The notes below the pieces were generated by a model, which saw only the letters and a program-made list of their open reading frames with translations, was not told the origin of the DNA and did not search any database. DNA of 64,000 nucleotides. Origin: the human T2T-CHM13v2.0 reference genome, Homo sapiens. Made by a program: the position numbers and the translations under genes. Shown piece after piece: positions 1 through 16,004 of this stretch. Every line of letters begins with the position of its first letter. The stretch's first letter is position 1. Location of the stretch: assembly GCF_009914755.1 (NCBI RefSeq), contig NC_060929.1. One strand, given 5' to 3'.

Positions 1-149
1 CTTCTTTATCATCGCTTTTATTCCTTTCTTGTATATGAGAATATAAGCTTATGTATAAGCATTCATTTCTTGTATATAAACATACATAAACATATATGTA
101 TACATATTATATATACATAAGCATATGTAATCAAATGCATTGCTGCTAT

Positions 150-535
150 TATTATTTTAGGCACTGTTATCTGTTAAATCAATTGAGAATAAGAACAATA
201 AAAGTTTTCATGTTACCTTCATTTATACCCTTTTTGATGTTCTTTCTTTATCTATAAAAAGCTGAGTTTCTGACCTATATTATTTTTCTTCTCTCTAAAG
301 AACTTCTTTTAATGTTCCTTGGAGGCAGGTCCACTGGCAACACATTCCCTTAATTTTTGTTTGCCTGAGAAATTTATACTTTTTTCTCCTTTACTTTTAA
401 AGAATAATTTTTCAGGATATAAAATCATAACTTGGTGTTTTGTTTTGTTTTGCGTTTTTGCTCTCTCAGCACTTTAAATATAATCTGCTTGGTGTTCTCT
501 AAGAATCCTGGATCTATGATTTAGTGTCTGATTTT
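150..535 (-). mobile_element. Old L1 (L1MC/L1MD-like), left part, interrupted by an L1PA
   Basis: Antisense L1M-type text (aaagaacttctttt...ggcaggtccactggcaacacattcccttaatttttgtttgcctgagaaa); continues after 1748. Confidence 0.7.
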
Positions 536-548
536 AATTTGGATACTT

Positions 549-1735
549 AAAAAAAAATTATTTGTGTATTTATTTTTGTTATACTTTAAGTTCTGGGATA
601 CATGTGCAGAACATGAAGGTTTGTTACATAGCTATACATATGCCATGGTGGTTTGCTGCACTCATCAACCCATCATCTACATTAAGTATTTCTCCTCATG
701 CTATCCCTCCCCTAGCCCCCCATCCCCCGACAGGTCCAGTTTGTGATGTTCCCCTCCCTGTGCCCATGTGTTCTCATTGTTCAACTCCCACTTATGAGTG
801 AGAACATGTGGTGTTTGGTTTTCTGTTCCTGTGTTAGTTTGCTGAGGATAATGGTTTCCAGCTTCATCCGTATCCCTGCAAAGTGCATGAACTCATGCTT
901 TTTTATGGCTGAATAGTATTCCGTGGTATATATGTGCCATATTTTCTTTATCCAGTCTACCATTGATGGGCATTTGGGTTGGTTCCAAGTCTTTGCTATT
1001 GTGAATAGTGCTGCAATAAACATACGTGTGCATACGTTTTTATAGTAGAATGATTTATAATCCTTTGGGTATCTACCCAGTAATGGGATTGCTGGGTCAA
1101 AATAGTATTTCTGGTTCTAGATCCTTGAGGAATCACCACACTGTCTTCCACAATGATTGAACTAATTTACACTCCCACCAACTGTGTAAAAGTGTTCCTA
1201 TTTCTCCACACCCTTTCCAGCATCTGTTGTTTCCTGACTTTTTAATGATCTCCATTCTAATTGGCTTGAGATGGTATCTCATTGTGGTTTTGATTTGCAT
1301 TTCTCTAACGACCAACGATGAGCCTTTTTTCATGTTTCTGGCCGCATAAATGTCTTCTTTTGGGAAGTGTCTGTTCATATCTTTCACCTACCTTTTGATG
1401 GGGTTGTTTGTTTTTTTTCTTGCAAATTTGTTTAAGTCCCTTGTAGATTCTGCATATGAGCCCTTTGTCCGATGGATAGATCGCAAAAATTTTCTCCCAT
1501 TCTGTAGGTTGCCTGCTCACACTGATGATAGTTTCTTTTGCTGTGCAGAAGCTCTTTAGTTTAATTAGATCCCATTTGTCAATTTTGGCTTTTGTTGCCA
1601 TTGCTTTTGGTGTTTTAGTCATGAAGTCTTCACCTATGCCTATGTCCTGAACGGTATTGCCTAGGTTTTCTTCTAGGGTTTTTATGGTTCTAGGTCTTAC
1701 ATTTAAGTCTTTAATCCATCTTGAATTAATTTTTG
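549..1735 (-). mobile_element. 5'-truncated L1PA (L1PA7/8-like), 3' UTR plus ORF2 C-terminus
   Basis: ORF fragments 781-1023, 1133-1387 and 1305-1622 match the L1 ORF2p C-terminus; 3' end ctttaagttctgggatacatgtgcagaac; 13-bp TSD aatttgga(t/g)actt at 536-548 and 1736-1748. Confidence 0.95.
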
Positions 1736-1748
1736 AATTTGGAGACTT

Positions 1749-2208
1749 CTAAAGATATTATTGTTTCAAATATTTCTTCTTTTCTCTCTTCTCTCTCCTT
1801 ATGGTATTCCTATTATGTGTGTGTTACATCTTTTATACTTGTCCCACAGTCCTTGGATATGTTGTTCTTTTTTTTTTCCTTGTCTTTGTTTTCTTTGCTT
1901 CTCAGTTTTAGAGGATTTTATTGATAAATCCTGAAGCTTAGAGATTCCTTCCTCAGTCATGTCCTGTCTATTAATAAGCCCATCAAAGGCATTCTTTTCT
2001 GTTCCAGTGTTTTTGATCTCTAACATTTATTTTTTGTTCTTTCTTAAGATTTTTATCTCTCTGTTTATATTGCCTATCTATTCTAGCATGTTGTCTACTT
2101 TATCTATTAGAGCCTTTAACATATTAATCCTTGTTGTTTTAAATTCTCAGTCTGATAATTCCAATATCTTTGCCATGTCTGATCCTGATGCTTTCTCTGT
2201 CTCTTCAA

Positions 2209-2252
<44 letters not shown>

Positions 2253-3110
2253 GCCTTTTAGTATGCCTTGTTATTTTTCTTGATGACTAGACATAACGTA
2301 CTGGGTAAAAGAAACTGCTGCAAAAAGGCCCTTAGTAATGCAGCAGTGAGGTGTGGGGGAGGAGAATTCTATAGTCCTGTGGTTAGTTGTTCATGTTTTC
2401 ATAAGTCTGTGTCTCTGGACTTTAAACTTCACAATTGCTCATTAGTCCTCCTCCCCTTCTAAATGAGACAGGATGGGATCAGTGGCTAGAGTTGGATATT
2501 TGTCTTCTCTCATGCAGAAGACTAGAGCTGGAGTTGAGTACTTCCACCTCCTCAACATCAGTTAGGCTTTGATAAAACTGCAGCAGATTAAGCACTGGTT
2601 GTATTACTTCTTCAGAGGGGAGAGCTTCTGAGGAAGAATGGAGTGTTCTGAACTATTTTAAACTGATATGTTTTGACCTACCCCTGCTAGGAGCAAGAGG
2701 AGATTTTTGTCCAATGTTTACTGTGAGAACCTGGTCTAGCTCCTGGAGGTGAAACTCATGAAGTGTGGGCACATGAGTGCACTGCATAATTGGGTCTTCC
2801 TGGAGTTTGGTGTTCTCAGGCTTGTCTTTTCTTAGCCTCCAGCAGTTTGCTCATTACAACTTAGGTTCTACTACCATGGCCCTGGCTCCCGTGGTGGTGG
2901 TTTCTGCTCCTGTGTTTCTGCTCCTGCAGTACGTGACTCCCTGTATTTGCCTGTCTCTTCAGTCTAGAGCTTAGCAGTTTGCCCTTTGTCTTCACCTCTT
3001 TATGGATCCAAGAAGGGGTTTAAGTTTTCAGTCTGTTCAGCTTTTCACCTGTGGTGAGGATGGAGTTGTATTTCCAAGCTTCTTACATGCAGAACTGATA
3101 AAGGAAAGTT
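1749..3110 (-). mobile_element. Old L1M (L1MC/MD-like) ORF1 and 5' region
   Basis: ORF 1799-2026 (LEIKNT..KNAFDGLINRQDMTEE..IQGLWDKYKRCNTHIIGIP) is a recognisable L1 ORF1p remnant. Confidence 0.8.
2211..2250. repeat. (TG)20 microsatellite
   Basis: Perfect dinucleotide run read directly. Confidence 0.98.
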
Positions 3111-3156
3111 TAGATGAGTCGACATTTTTAAAGTTAACTTATATTATGAATTACAT

Positions 3157-3914
3157 TGATAAACCAGAAAATGTCTGAGACAGATTTCAATCTATTTAGA
3201 GGTTTATTTTGCCAAGGTTGAGGATGTGCTCAGGAAAAGACACACAAGTGCCAGCAGGATCTGCAATCCGTGCTTTTTCCAAGAAGGTTTTTGAGGACCT
3301 TACATTTAAAGGAAAAATAGCAGGCAGGTGGGGAAGGAGGAATAAAAAAAAAGAAATAAACAGAGAAAGGGGGATATAGACGATGAAATGGTTACACTCT
3401 TGTGAAGCTTTGATTAGTGCTCACTGAATCCACATTTTACATGTGAGAAGAGGGGAGTAGAAAAAAATTGTTATGCATTCATCCTGTGTGCAGTAGCTCT
3501 ACATTTTACATAAGATAAGGTCAGTATAGTGTAGAGGAAGAAGTCGAATACGCAGTAGTCTCAGGGTGGTCAGGTGGATGATTTCTAGTCTTGTCTTTGT
3601 CCCATATCTGTGAAGACAAACTCTTAATTTACACTGTCTGAGTGAGATTCAATAGACCTTTGTTTTAGGGTTAGTTTATGAGGGGGATATATATTCTGAA
3701 AGATTTGGGGGCCCACAAGAAATTTCCTTGTGAGCAATTTGTGAGGACCACCTGGAGAGAGACATGGCCTTCTATGTCACAGCTATCTGGGAACAAACAA
3801 GAAAGCAGTTTTATTATTATTATTCTTACTATTTTGGCATGACTCAGTTCCCAAGTTAAACTTTCCCTCTGGGATAGTGAATGTGGGGTCCCAATATTTT
3901 ATTTTCCTTTCACA
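3157..3914 (-). mobile_element. MER4-group ERV1 solo LTR
   Basis: Ends aaaccagaaaatgtctgagacagatttcaatctatttagaggtttattttgccaagg ... ttttattttcctttcaca (reverse complement of the MER4 start tgtgaaaggaaaataaa); inserted in an old L1. Confidence 0.8.
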
Positions 3915-4615
3915 CAATGATTAATTTTTAAAATAAAAAGCAACATTGCATTCATGAGATGAAGCCTATTTAGTTAAGATGCATCAACATTTTTATATAT
4001 TTTTAGACTTTATATTATACAGTTGTGTTAAAAATCGTTGCCCCTGTTTTCTTGAAAGGCATTGACCCATAGTTGATTTTTTTCTTCCTAATATTTTTAT
4101 CAAGATAATGTTGCCTTCATGCCGAATTAGTTTATGTAGAATAGGTATTAATTCTTCTTTTAATATTTTCTATAATTCACTAGTAAAGCCATTTGGATCT
4201 GGAGGTGTCTTTGTGAGAAAATCTTTAAATACAGGTTCAATTTCTTTAAAAGATATAGGGCTTTTGATATTATCAATTTTGTTTCAGGTGAGCTTACTTA
4301 TATTGTATTTTTCAGTGAATATGTCCATTTCACTAAGTCATGAAATTCATTTTTATGCAACCTTTTATAATATGCCATTACATCTTTTAACTGTTTGCTG
4401 CATGAGTAGAAATGTACCTGCTGTCATTTATGATAGTAGTAATTTGTACCTTTGCTCTGTTTTTCCTAATCAGCCTGGCTAGAGATTTATCAGTTTTATT
4501 GATCTTCTCAAGGAAACAGCCTTTGGTTTATTTGATTTTCTATATCAATTTCCTGTTTTCTATTTTGTTGATTTTTGTTCTTATGCTAAGTATCTCTTTT
4601 TATCTGCCTTTCTTT
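3915..4615 (-). mobile_element. Old L1M ORF2 fragment
   Basis: Antisense L1M text (aattcactagtaaagccatttggatctgga; gctagagatttatcagttttattgatcttctcaaggaaacagc). Confidence 0.75.
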
Positions 4616-5399
4616 GGTGTTAGGGCTTTCCCCTTTGTTATGTATGAGCAGACCCAGATGCCAGCACCAGATGACACGGCCCCTCCCTCCATTCCCTGTG
4701 TCCCCTCTGGGAAGGACCGCACACCTTCCTGCAGGAGGTAAGTTTGGGCTGCTGCCTTCCTTGATGTGCTGCCTGCTTTGGCCCAGGGCTCTCCTCCCTG
4801 AGGTACCCCCAGAGCACTGTCCTGTGGCTGTTTACACAGTTGTCCCATGTGGGCTGGACTTCAGACACAAGCGAGGAAGTCCAGAACTGTGGCCCCTCAG
4901 GTATTCGGTTTGGAGAATTACTGCTGGATACAATGGCATGAATCCCCTACTGTGAAGACTTAGAGAGCCTGGAGGTGTGAAGAGTGTTAACTACTTTAAC
5001 TCAGAGCAATTATTAAAGTAATTGTCTACCTTGAGTCACATGTGAGGTAAATCACTGGGCATGAGCAGCAGCCTCAACTGATATCCTTTTAACACAGACA
5101 GAACATGCTTGGGACTTACCAAGGAAGGAGAAGCAACTTTCCCACTGTTATCAGAGCAGGAGGCCTCACCTTTCTCTGGGAGGAGAGGTCCTCAGCCCCC
5201 ATCACTGCCCTTTCTGGAGAACTGTGAGTTCTTCTCCTGATGGCAGTGAGACTCTGGGCTGATGTGCTGCCTGATCCAGGGACGACCCTCTCTTGGGCAG
5301 TGAAAGGCAACTTCAACAGAATCTGAAGTTCAGCCCAGACATCAGAATCCAGAGAGAAGCCAGTGGGGAGGAGGATGAGAACTTAAAAAAATGGGCAAT

Positions 5400-5550
5400 A
5401 AAAATTTCAAAATGGAAATGACAAGATACTCATTACAGTGGCACCAAAAATGCAATATTTAGAGATAAATATAACACAATATATGTAATATCTGTACACT
5501 GAAAACTGCAGAATGCTGTAGTGAGGAATTTAAAAAGAACTAAATAATGG
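5400..5550 (+). mobile_element. Old L1M ORF2 fragment
   Basis: aatatttagagataaatataaca...ctgtacactgaaaactgcagaatgctg...aaagaactaaataatgg resembles L1 ORF2. Confidence 0.6.
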
Positions 5551-6619
5551 AGCGCCACCCCATCAGAAGCCACCATCGTGAAGAACACAGGCAAATTCTA
5601 CATGATATTCTATGATCAGAAGACGCCACTGTTAAGAACAGAGGTGAAATCTTACATACTGGAAAGAAAAGAGGAGAGAAAGATTAGAACTTTTATAAGC
5701 AGAACATTGATTCTTAGTGTGCTAGGTCAGGACACGGAAGAGAGGGGCCTGTTGGTACAAACTGAGGTCAGATGAGAGAAGTAATCTGGGGACATGAGGC
5801 ACTATAGAATACCTGGGGTCTAGTGATGGGGCTTGATAGGGTTTCCTAAACTGAGACAGGAGGGACAAGAGGCCATAGCAGGCAACCTAAAAAATGGTTT
5901 CTACCCTCAAACAATTATTTGGTAAAGATTCAAAGGCTTCCATATCACCATCTCCCCACCCTCTGTTTTGTCACAATCCCCACAGAGGCTAAGTCCTCTG
6001 TTCCTCCTCCACTTCTCTGCTCAGAAGACACACTGCTAGTATCCTTTCTATTAGGGCATTAGCAACAATAGAGCTTTGGGACTTGACAACTTCTTACAGG
6101 CAACTTGGCTTGGAGTCCACAGATAGGTTTCCATCTAGGAAAAACACGTGTGTTTGTCAGTACTGTTCATGGATGTGATTGGAAGGGGCTGGGAAATTTC
6201 TGTTTTACTCACCTTGACCATTTCCCAAATCCTGTTAAATAGAGAAATTGGTTGACTTGGGAGAGGCCACCTAAGTTGGAAATGATGGGTGGTTTATTCC
6301 TTCCATTCCATGGTGGCACAGTGGGAGAACCACTAGCATGGATTAGGGAGTTTGAACAGCTGTGGGTCACTAGAAAATTTATTGAAGTCTGTGTGTCACC
6401 TGCATTGGTGGAGATTCGACCAATGGACTCATAATCCCTTTCAAGGTCAAACACGATATGGTTTTAGAAGGATGTTCTTCAAGTTCAGGAAACTGAGGAA
6501 AACCACAGAAAGCCCATCTGACTCTCTAGCAGTTTATCCTCTGTGCATCGCACAGAGCCCAGCAGAGAGGATCTCTCCGTGGGATCATGCACAGAAGCCA
6601 ATGAAGATGATAAAAGAGG

Positions 6620-6702
6620 CAAGCTAGGAAAACTACAAAGCAATAAAACACTTGGAACCCCAAGCTAGGAAAGCTACGCAGGAATAAAACACTCTGGAAT
6701 CC
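6620..6702. repeat. Diverged ~41-bp tandem duplication
   Basis: caagctaggaaaactacaaagcaataaaacacttggaaccc followed by caagctaggaaagctacgcaggaataaaacactctggaatcc. Confidence 0.85.
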
Positions 6703-8257
6703 ACAAAACCCAATGAGCTTGTAGGTATCAGTAAGGACGTTTTAAACTCCCAAGATTATAAACCTTAATGGGTGATTAAAAACATATGATTTATTTCTAG
6801 CCAATGTCAAAATTAAATGAACAGCAATACCCACTCAGATGTGAAAGTCTCCAGTTTTCAGCTTTTACTTTTGAAACCATATTCAATGTTCAATGTCAGT
6901 TAGTTGCTTTGCTAAACAAGTGTATGATTCTTGAAGAACACAAATATTCCACTTAATTTGGAAGAAGAGAGTGTCTGGCTGGAGAGAGAGAGGATAGTGG
7001 CTAATTTTTCTCCAGATTCACAAGAAGGAGCAAAGCTTGCAAGAAGACTAATGCTTCACCAGGCCTTCAACTCCTTGACTGTTGATTCAAAGGAAATGTC
7101 AGTGTACAAGATACACTATATGTGCAATTAACTGCAGGATTTTTAATAAAAGGCAAAAAGACTGGTTACAACGCAGCCGGGCATGCATTGCCTATGCATG
7201 GCCACTTGCTGCTTCAGCCTGCAGAGGCCTCCCAGTAACTAACTGGGTACATGCGTTGAGGTGGCGGCTTGGGGCTCTCTCTCCCATTGGGGGTGCTGGC
7301 TTTACAATCAGATGGGTCAGTGCTCAGGGCTGATGAATGCTTCTGCCCTTCCTTCCTGATTCACCTGCCATGGATAGCAGGACCTAAAACATCTGACAAA
7401 TACCCGTGGTTGAATGGTTGAATTAAAAGTTAAGAATAAGGCAGGAAGTGGTTTGAGCAGAAACTATGATCTTCTTCACCCCAGATCCATGCATGCTCTG
7501 CAAAGTTTTCCATGGACACATGCATTAAAATAAAATATTCCTTTAGCCTCATTAATCTGGCTCTGGAGACAAAAATACTATAAGAGTGAGGTGCTCACAC
7601 CTGTCTGCTCACCTCAGAAGCCCATTCTGGGGGATGATGCAGTGTGAATATTGGGTTTACACTTGAAATATTCCAAGAAGCAGCTGTGTGCCTGGTAGAG
7701 GATGAAAGGCATTTTATTTTTAGTTTTTGCTTGCTTGTTGTTGCCCTTAAAGAGTGCATCTGGACATATTTCCAGCAGGTGGAAGCAACAGGAGGAAATC
7801 ATAGCACTGTGGCACGGTGGAAGCACCATTAGCCCGGATTCCAAAAGCCAGGGGAGACTCAGGGCACTGGAGAATTCACTGAAGTCTCTGCATCTCACCT
7901 GCAAAATATGGGGATTGGGCCAGACTAACTCAAAGGCCCCTTCAAGGTTAATCATGATATGAGTTTGGAGGGAAGTAAACGTAACAGAGGTTGGCAGGAT
8001 GGAAGATTTTCCTGCACATTTCACCACCATTTAAGATTGGAGGGTGGCACAATTGATTTTTATGGCTGCAGCAACCCTCTTCTATCCTCATAGCAACCTT
8101 TTCTCGGGGGTGTGATGAAAGAACAACTTTGAGGAAATAAGGAGAAACTCCAGTGTGTCCGGGGGTTGGTACTGATGTTATAAGCACAGAATGGTGAGAA
8201 TCGCGTGCTTCTTCAGCTGCACGAGTTAGTTCAGCTCAGGACTGGAAACAGTTATGA

Positions 8258-10288
<2,031 letters not shown>

Positions 10289-10409
10289 GAACACTCTAAG
10301 CACTCACATTTTATTTCCTTGCTATCTATAAAATTGACTAAAGAGAAATCCAAGTTTTGCTGCTAACAGGTGCCCCAAAAACAACCTTGGAAGACAAACC
10401 AGGAAGCCC

Positions 10410-10510
10410 AGGTCTTCCTCTGGCTCTGCTCCCAGCTTGCTCTGCGACCCGGAAAATTCCTCTCACCTTCCCGGGCTTTAGTTTGTTTGTCCCTAAAATG
10501 GAGCCAGGTG
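10410..10510 (+). mobile_element. MIR fragment
   Basis: Degenerate MIR core (ctctgcgaccc...ctcaccttcccgggctttagtttgtttgtccctaaaatgg). Confidence 0.5.
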
Positions 10511-11289
10511 GACAAATTCATCATCACCATTTCACTGGCCGGAGTTAAACAAACAAACATAGCTCTATGCGTTGGTGGTGTATGCATTCCTAATGCATCT
10601 TGAGGTACTCATATATGAAAAAACAAAACCATGTTTTGCTTGGTAAATAGGTTACCTATACTGGTCATTAAAACAAGGCACCCACTGCTGAAAAAGAGAG
10701 CCTTCTGTACTAGGACGAATTGCAATCTTTTGAGAATAAAGCAGAATGAGATGGCTTGGGCTCATCTAACTTGCATAGGTCCAGTCTTCGAGCATTCCTG
10801 TTTATTTTTGTGTTCAAAATTGTTTGTCAAAATAGCAGTGAGAAAACAAGGTGGGTTTGTCTCTGTGGTAGCAGCGCCCGGTGCCCCTGCTGCCCTTCTG
10901 TCCAGGCAGACGAAGGGAGAGCTGTCCTCTGAAGCCATGGCGGCCTTTCCCAGTAGCTGCTCTCCGGTCATCTGACACCCTGACAGAGCCACCAACAGCC
11001 GCACATCTGATCTGGAAGAATTGTGTCTCATCTGCTGAGTGGAGGCATTGTGACTGCTGAACTTGCATTGGAGGTGATTCAGCACATCGTGTCTTGAAAT
11101 CAGATCCCAAGAGGGCCACCAAACACATGGGAACCTCTGTGTGGGAAAGAGTTTGACCAAATCTTAGCATTTCACGCAGCAGCCCACGTGACTGGTAATG
11201 CTGTTCTAACCCAGCTCGGTAATGCTCATGAAGACATTTATTAGAATAGAAAGACTGTAAAAAGGAAACTGGAAGTCTAATTAAAAGAG

Positions 11290-11550
11290 GAGAAGACAAA
11301 TCTAGTCTATGATAGCTCATCAGGATGGTGACGGTCAACAATAATTTACTGCAGATGTTAAAAATAACTAAAAGAGTATTTAAGTGGAATGTTTGTAGCA
11401 CAAAGAAATGACAAACGCTTGAGGTGATGGACAGCCTGTTTGCCTTTATGTGATTGTTACGCATTGTATACCTAGATCAAAATAGTTCACTGACCCCATA
11501 CTACTATACACCTACCCTGCACTCCTAAAAATTAAAAAGAAAAAAGAAAT
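11290..11550 (+). mobile_element. L1MA-type 3' end
   Basis: caataatttactg...aaaataactaaaagagt...acaaagaaatgacaaacgcttgaggtgatgga... followed by an A-rich tail. Confidence 0.8.
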
Positions 11551-11972
11551 ACAAGCAAGCAAGTGTATCACTGATATGTTTTCAGGAAGGTTCAAAAAAC
11601 AACTAGCCATAGACAACAGGCTAATAAACATGTCACAAAGCAGGAAAAAAGTGAGGTTCTGATGCAACTTCAGCAGTATGTTTTCGTGAAAATAAAATTT
11701 TTCATTTTTTTACATTAAAATGTTTATCTGTATATTATTTGCCAAGTAAATGCTACAGATTCCATAATAAAAATAAGAGGGTTTCTATGAACCACAATGA
11801 GATCCATGAATGGTCTTAAAATGTTTGATTTGTGCACTACTCTATGCAGATCAAATAATTAAGCATTTTATTCTGACTGACAAAGATGAGCATGGTAGAG
11901 AAACAATTGCGAAATGCATATCTGTGTAAATCAAATTGTGCATTAAATCACAGAGGAATAAAAAGGAATAGG

Positions 11973-12017
11973 TAAATCTAAGCAGACTGATTAACTAAAT
12001 CTAAGCAGACTGATTAA
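11973..12017. repeat. 23-bp-period tandem duplication
   Basis: taaatctaagcagactgattaa-c-taaatctaagcagactgattaa, two identical 22-mers. Confidence 0.95.
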
Positions 12018-13614
12018 ATAGTTATTTTAAATTTTTCCATTTAGGTTTTTGAGTGATAAAAATCAAAGACTCTCTCACATCATAAAACTGGTAATGTTTA
12101 CTACACATGACTAAATAAAAATTGCATTTGGTAAGATAATATTTGCCGTGTTCATAGCACTTACACCGGCAAGGTATGTGGAAGCAGACAGCACGTTATT
12201 CTGTTTCCATGTAAGATTTTTACATATGTTGTTATACATGATATTCTCAAAAGCCTAAGAATCTAACCATAACAGGTGCTTGCTCCGAGCGCAGTGCCCC
12301 ACTGCCATGAGTTCTCAGTTATAAATAACAAATCACTGGGTTCCCATGGACTTTCCTTTAAACACATCTACTGTTCTCAATCAATATAATTAATAGCAAG
12401 GAGCGCATATTTATATTGAAGATGGCGAAAGTCAATTTGTTGTGGAAATTCAAGGGGTCCCTTGGATATCAGTCCTCCATTTAGTGCGTGTTATCACCCT
12501 CAATCATATTAAGAAGTGGTTTTCAATGCATTTCTCAAAATTCCTCTTCTGATTTCTCATGTCAAGGGAGAGTCTAATTGGATTTTTAATCCTTGGCTAA
12601 TCATGCTACACATGGCATGCTGGGTTTAGGTGGAAACTGAAAAGTGCTTTCCACCAACCTATTATTGCAAGGCAGGCTTGAATGTAACCCGAATCAGTAG
12701 AAAAATAATGCAGTAAGCCCTTCTACTGTATAGACATTACATGAAAACAATACGCTCCTTTCTTCACGAGGAAGCCCCTCCCCTGCCTTTGAAGCAGCTT
12801 TGAAATAATGGACTGCCATGGGCTATTTTCTTCTGGTTTCTATGTTTCAATACCAGGCTTGTCTCTTCTGTTTGTTTTCAGCTAATTGCCTCAAGATCTA
12901 ATAAGTTAGTGATGACGGGTGTTGAGCACCAGTGACCCTGCCAAAAGAAATATCATGTCGCACCAAAGTTGAAGGAGCAGTCCTGGTGGGTCAAAAATGC
13001 TTTCTCTGAGGGGCTCTAATTCCTCTAGTGGGGTCAGGAATGGCACCAGTGATTGGATTGGGTTCCTTAAGAGTCTGCACAAGGGAGCTGCTCTAAGAGA
13101 GGGACCAATAGACACACTCGTCATTGGATGCTTGGGTTCTTGACCTTGTTGAAAAGACATTACCGTGGCACAGTCCTGTCTTCCTGCAAAGCACTCACGC
13201 CACCCTTTCTTTGAGAGCCATTACAGGAAAATTCAACTTTGATGAGAAGTTTAATCTGGTTGTTTCATTCTTCCCACGGAACATGCTTTCCTGAAGTTTT
13301 ATCCAATGTACTTCCCTCCTCAGGGCAACGAAGTCTCATAAAGGAAATGGATGGTGTTGGTTGCAGGGAGCATCTCATTCCAGGAAGCTAAAACACACAC
13401 TGGCCAACATTTGATCAATGAACAACATCTTCCATTAAAAGAAAAAATCAAGGTGTCTTAACAAAATGATGAGAGATTATACGCATGAACAAATCCAGAG
13501 GCAGAAGCCTGTGGTGTTGTAAACTGAAATCCCAGCTCAAAGTGAGGTCGGGGCAGTCTGGTTAATGCCAAAGCATTAGTACAACAGCGTCCCTTTCCCA
13601 TTCTGAGAAATGCA

Positions 13615-14110
13615 CATGGCATCCATTTCTTAGGGCTGCCATGACAAATTGCCACACAGTTGGTGGCTTAAAATTACAGAACTTTATTATCTCACAGTGC
13701 TGGAGGCCAGAAGTCTGGAATCAAGGTGCTGGAGTGTGGTGCTTGCTCTGAAGGCTCCAGGGAAGAGTCTGCTTCTTGTGTTTCTCCTCACTTCTAGGAC
13801 TGTGGGTGCTCCTCGGCTTGTGTCTGCATCTCTCCAATCCTGTCTTTTCTTCACCTGGCCACACTCCCTCTGTGTGTCTCTTCTTTGTGTGTCTCTTCTG
13901 TGTGTTCTCCTTTGTGTGTCTTTGTGTCCACATTTCATCATTTTATAGGGACACCAGTCACTGGATTAAGGTCCACCCTAACCCCGTGTGATGCCACCTT
14001 GCCTTGATTATAGACACAAAGGCCCTATTTCCAGATAATGGCACATTGGCAGGTGCAAGGGCTGGGCCTCCAACATATCTTTCTGGGGGACACAGTTCCA
14101 CCCACCACGC
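13615..14110 (-). mobile_element. MaLR LTR (MLT1B/C-like)
   Basis: tagggctgccatgacaaattgccaca...ctcacagtgctggaggccagaagtc...gacaccagtcactggattaagg. Confidence 0.85.
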
Positions 14111-14743
14111 ACACTGTGAAGGAAAGTTGCGCATTTATCTCACAGGTAATCTCCCCAAGCCCACTCTGGTCATCTGTGTGAAGGGGCTTTGGCGTTTCCA
14201 TCATCAGCTTCTCTCCCCTCCTATTCTGTGCTTCTGATCTCCCAGTTATCACCCTGGGGCTCCCTGTGCCCTCAGTTGGCGTCCAGGATCTGGAAGAGCT
14301 CCAGCCTGGCAGGTTGACTCTTCCTGCAAGGATGTCTGATTACAGGTTCTCATGGGCGTGCAGAGCTTGCAACCTGAGTCTCAGCACCAGTCTTGTGTTT
14401 GGAGGTCTTCCAAAGCCCACGATTCTAATCCTTTCTTACAACACTGCAAAGCATGAGTGTTTTCTCAGGAGGTAATATTGAGAGCAGGGAGGAGGTATGG
14501 TGAGAAGACAGTGCTAAATTGCACAATACTAGGTGAGACTTCTGCCACCTGGCTGTACTCACCACACCTCTCATGCAAACACCCCAACCTCCAACCACAT
14601 GTCCTTTGCCCCCTCATCCACTTCCCAGAGGGTCTCCTTCCTCTGGTTGCCCCCACTGGGTCTCTACTTGTCTATGCTCACCATCATCTCTTTGCATGCC
14701 ACAGTCAACCATGGGACCACTGAGAAGCTCACTGAAGGGCAGG

Positions 14744-15123
14744 TGATATGGCTTGGCTCTGTGTCCCCACCCAAATCAATCTCATCTCAAATTGAAATCC
14801 CCATGTGTCAAGGGAGGGAGGTGGTTTGACCATGGGGGCGGTTTCTCCCATGCTGTTCTCATGGCAGTGAGTGAGTTCTCCCAAGATCTGATAGTTTTAT
14901 AAGGGGCTCTTTCTCCTTCACTCCACCCTTCTCCCTCCTGTTGCCCTGTGAAGATGTGCTTACTTCCCCTTCACCTTCTGCCATGATTGGAAGCTTCCTG
15001 AGGCCTCCTGGCCATGCTTCTTGTACAGCATGCGGAACTGTGAGCCAATTAAACCTCTTTTCTTTATAAATTACCTAGTCTCAGATAGTATTCTTTATAG
15101 CAGTGTGAGAACAGACTAATAAA
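14744..15123 (+). mobile_element. THE1D-like MaLR solo LTR
   Basis: tgatatggcttggctctgtgtccccacccaaatc ... ttctttatagcagtgtgagaacagactaat; 5-bp TSD gcagg/gcggg. Confidence 0.9.
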
Positions 15124-16004
15124 GCGGGAGAGGATGAAGCTATTGGTACTTGCACTTTTATATTTTTGTTCCTGTTACTGTTTTTTAATATGCAAAAACA
15201 AATTTATTTTTTGTTTATGAGCCACATGCTAAAACTGTTTTAAATATGCAGTTGTGTAAGTGCATGAAGAAAAGTGGTCAGGAAAGGGCCATGCTGGCCA
15301 GTGAGGCCCCAAGCTTCTGAGAGGGGAGGGGGGCTATGGAGGAGAAGCACAGGAGGGGAGCAAGTGGGCAGTGGGAGGAAACCGGGCTGGGATGGTCTGG
15401 AGCCCGGAGGCCAGGGACAAAGGAGGGCCACCAAAGACAAGATTCAGGGACAGTCAGAGGAGCTGTGGGCCGGAGACCTTGAGCAGGACTGAAGCATGTG
15501 ACATACAATAGTCATCAACTGTCGTGACATATCTACCAGACAAGCAGTACCACCCTTTCACTGATGGAAAGAATGTGACACAGAGGTAAAATTCCTCACC
15601 CCAAATCTCTTCATGGATTGACGGTAGCACCAGGATTGGCCAAGTCAACCCGGGGCCAAACCCATGTTTACTAATTAAATGCAGAAACAACTGTTTTGAG
15701 CTATAAGTTACAGAGATTGTAAGACCCAATGAGAAAATATGTTGTGCTTTGTTCAAAGATTAGATGCAATGTAACTAAAAGCCTTCTGTGTGGACTTGGG
15801 AGGAGGGTGGGTGCCTGTGAGGGACCTTGGGATTGTCTGGGGTTGGGAGAGGCCAGGAAGGGGCCAGGACCCGAACCTCTGCAGACCTGACCCGCCTCCC
15901 TGGGACATGTGCACGACTCCCAGTCTTTTATTAGAAACCCGTTTTTCGCTGAAACCAATTGTTCCTGCTGGATTGAATTTTACGAGGATTAAAAAGTACA
16001 TATA

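Noticed and set aside
10814-11464. 216-aa minus-strand ORF
   Set aside because: Starts within an antisense L1MA fragment; no recognisable domain.
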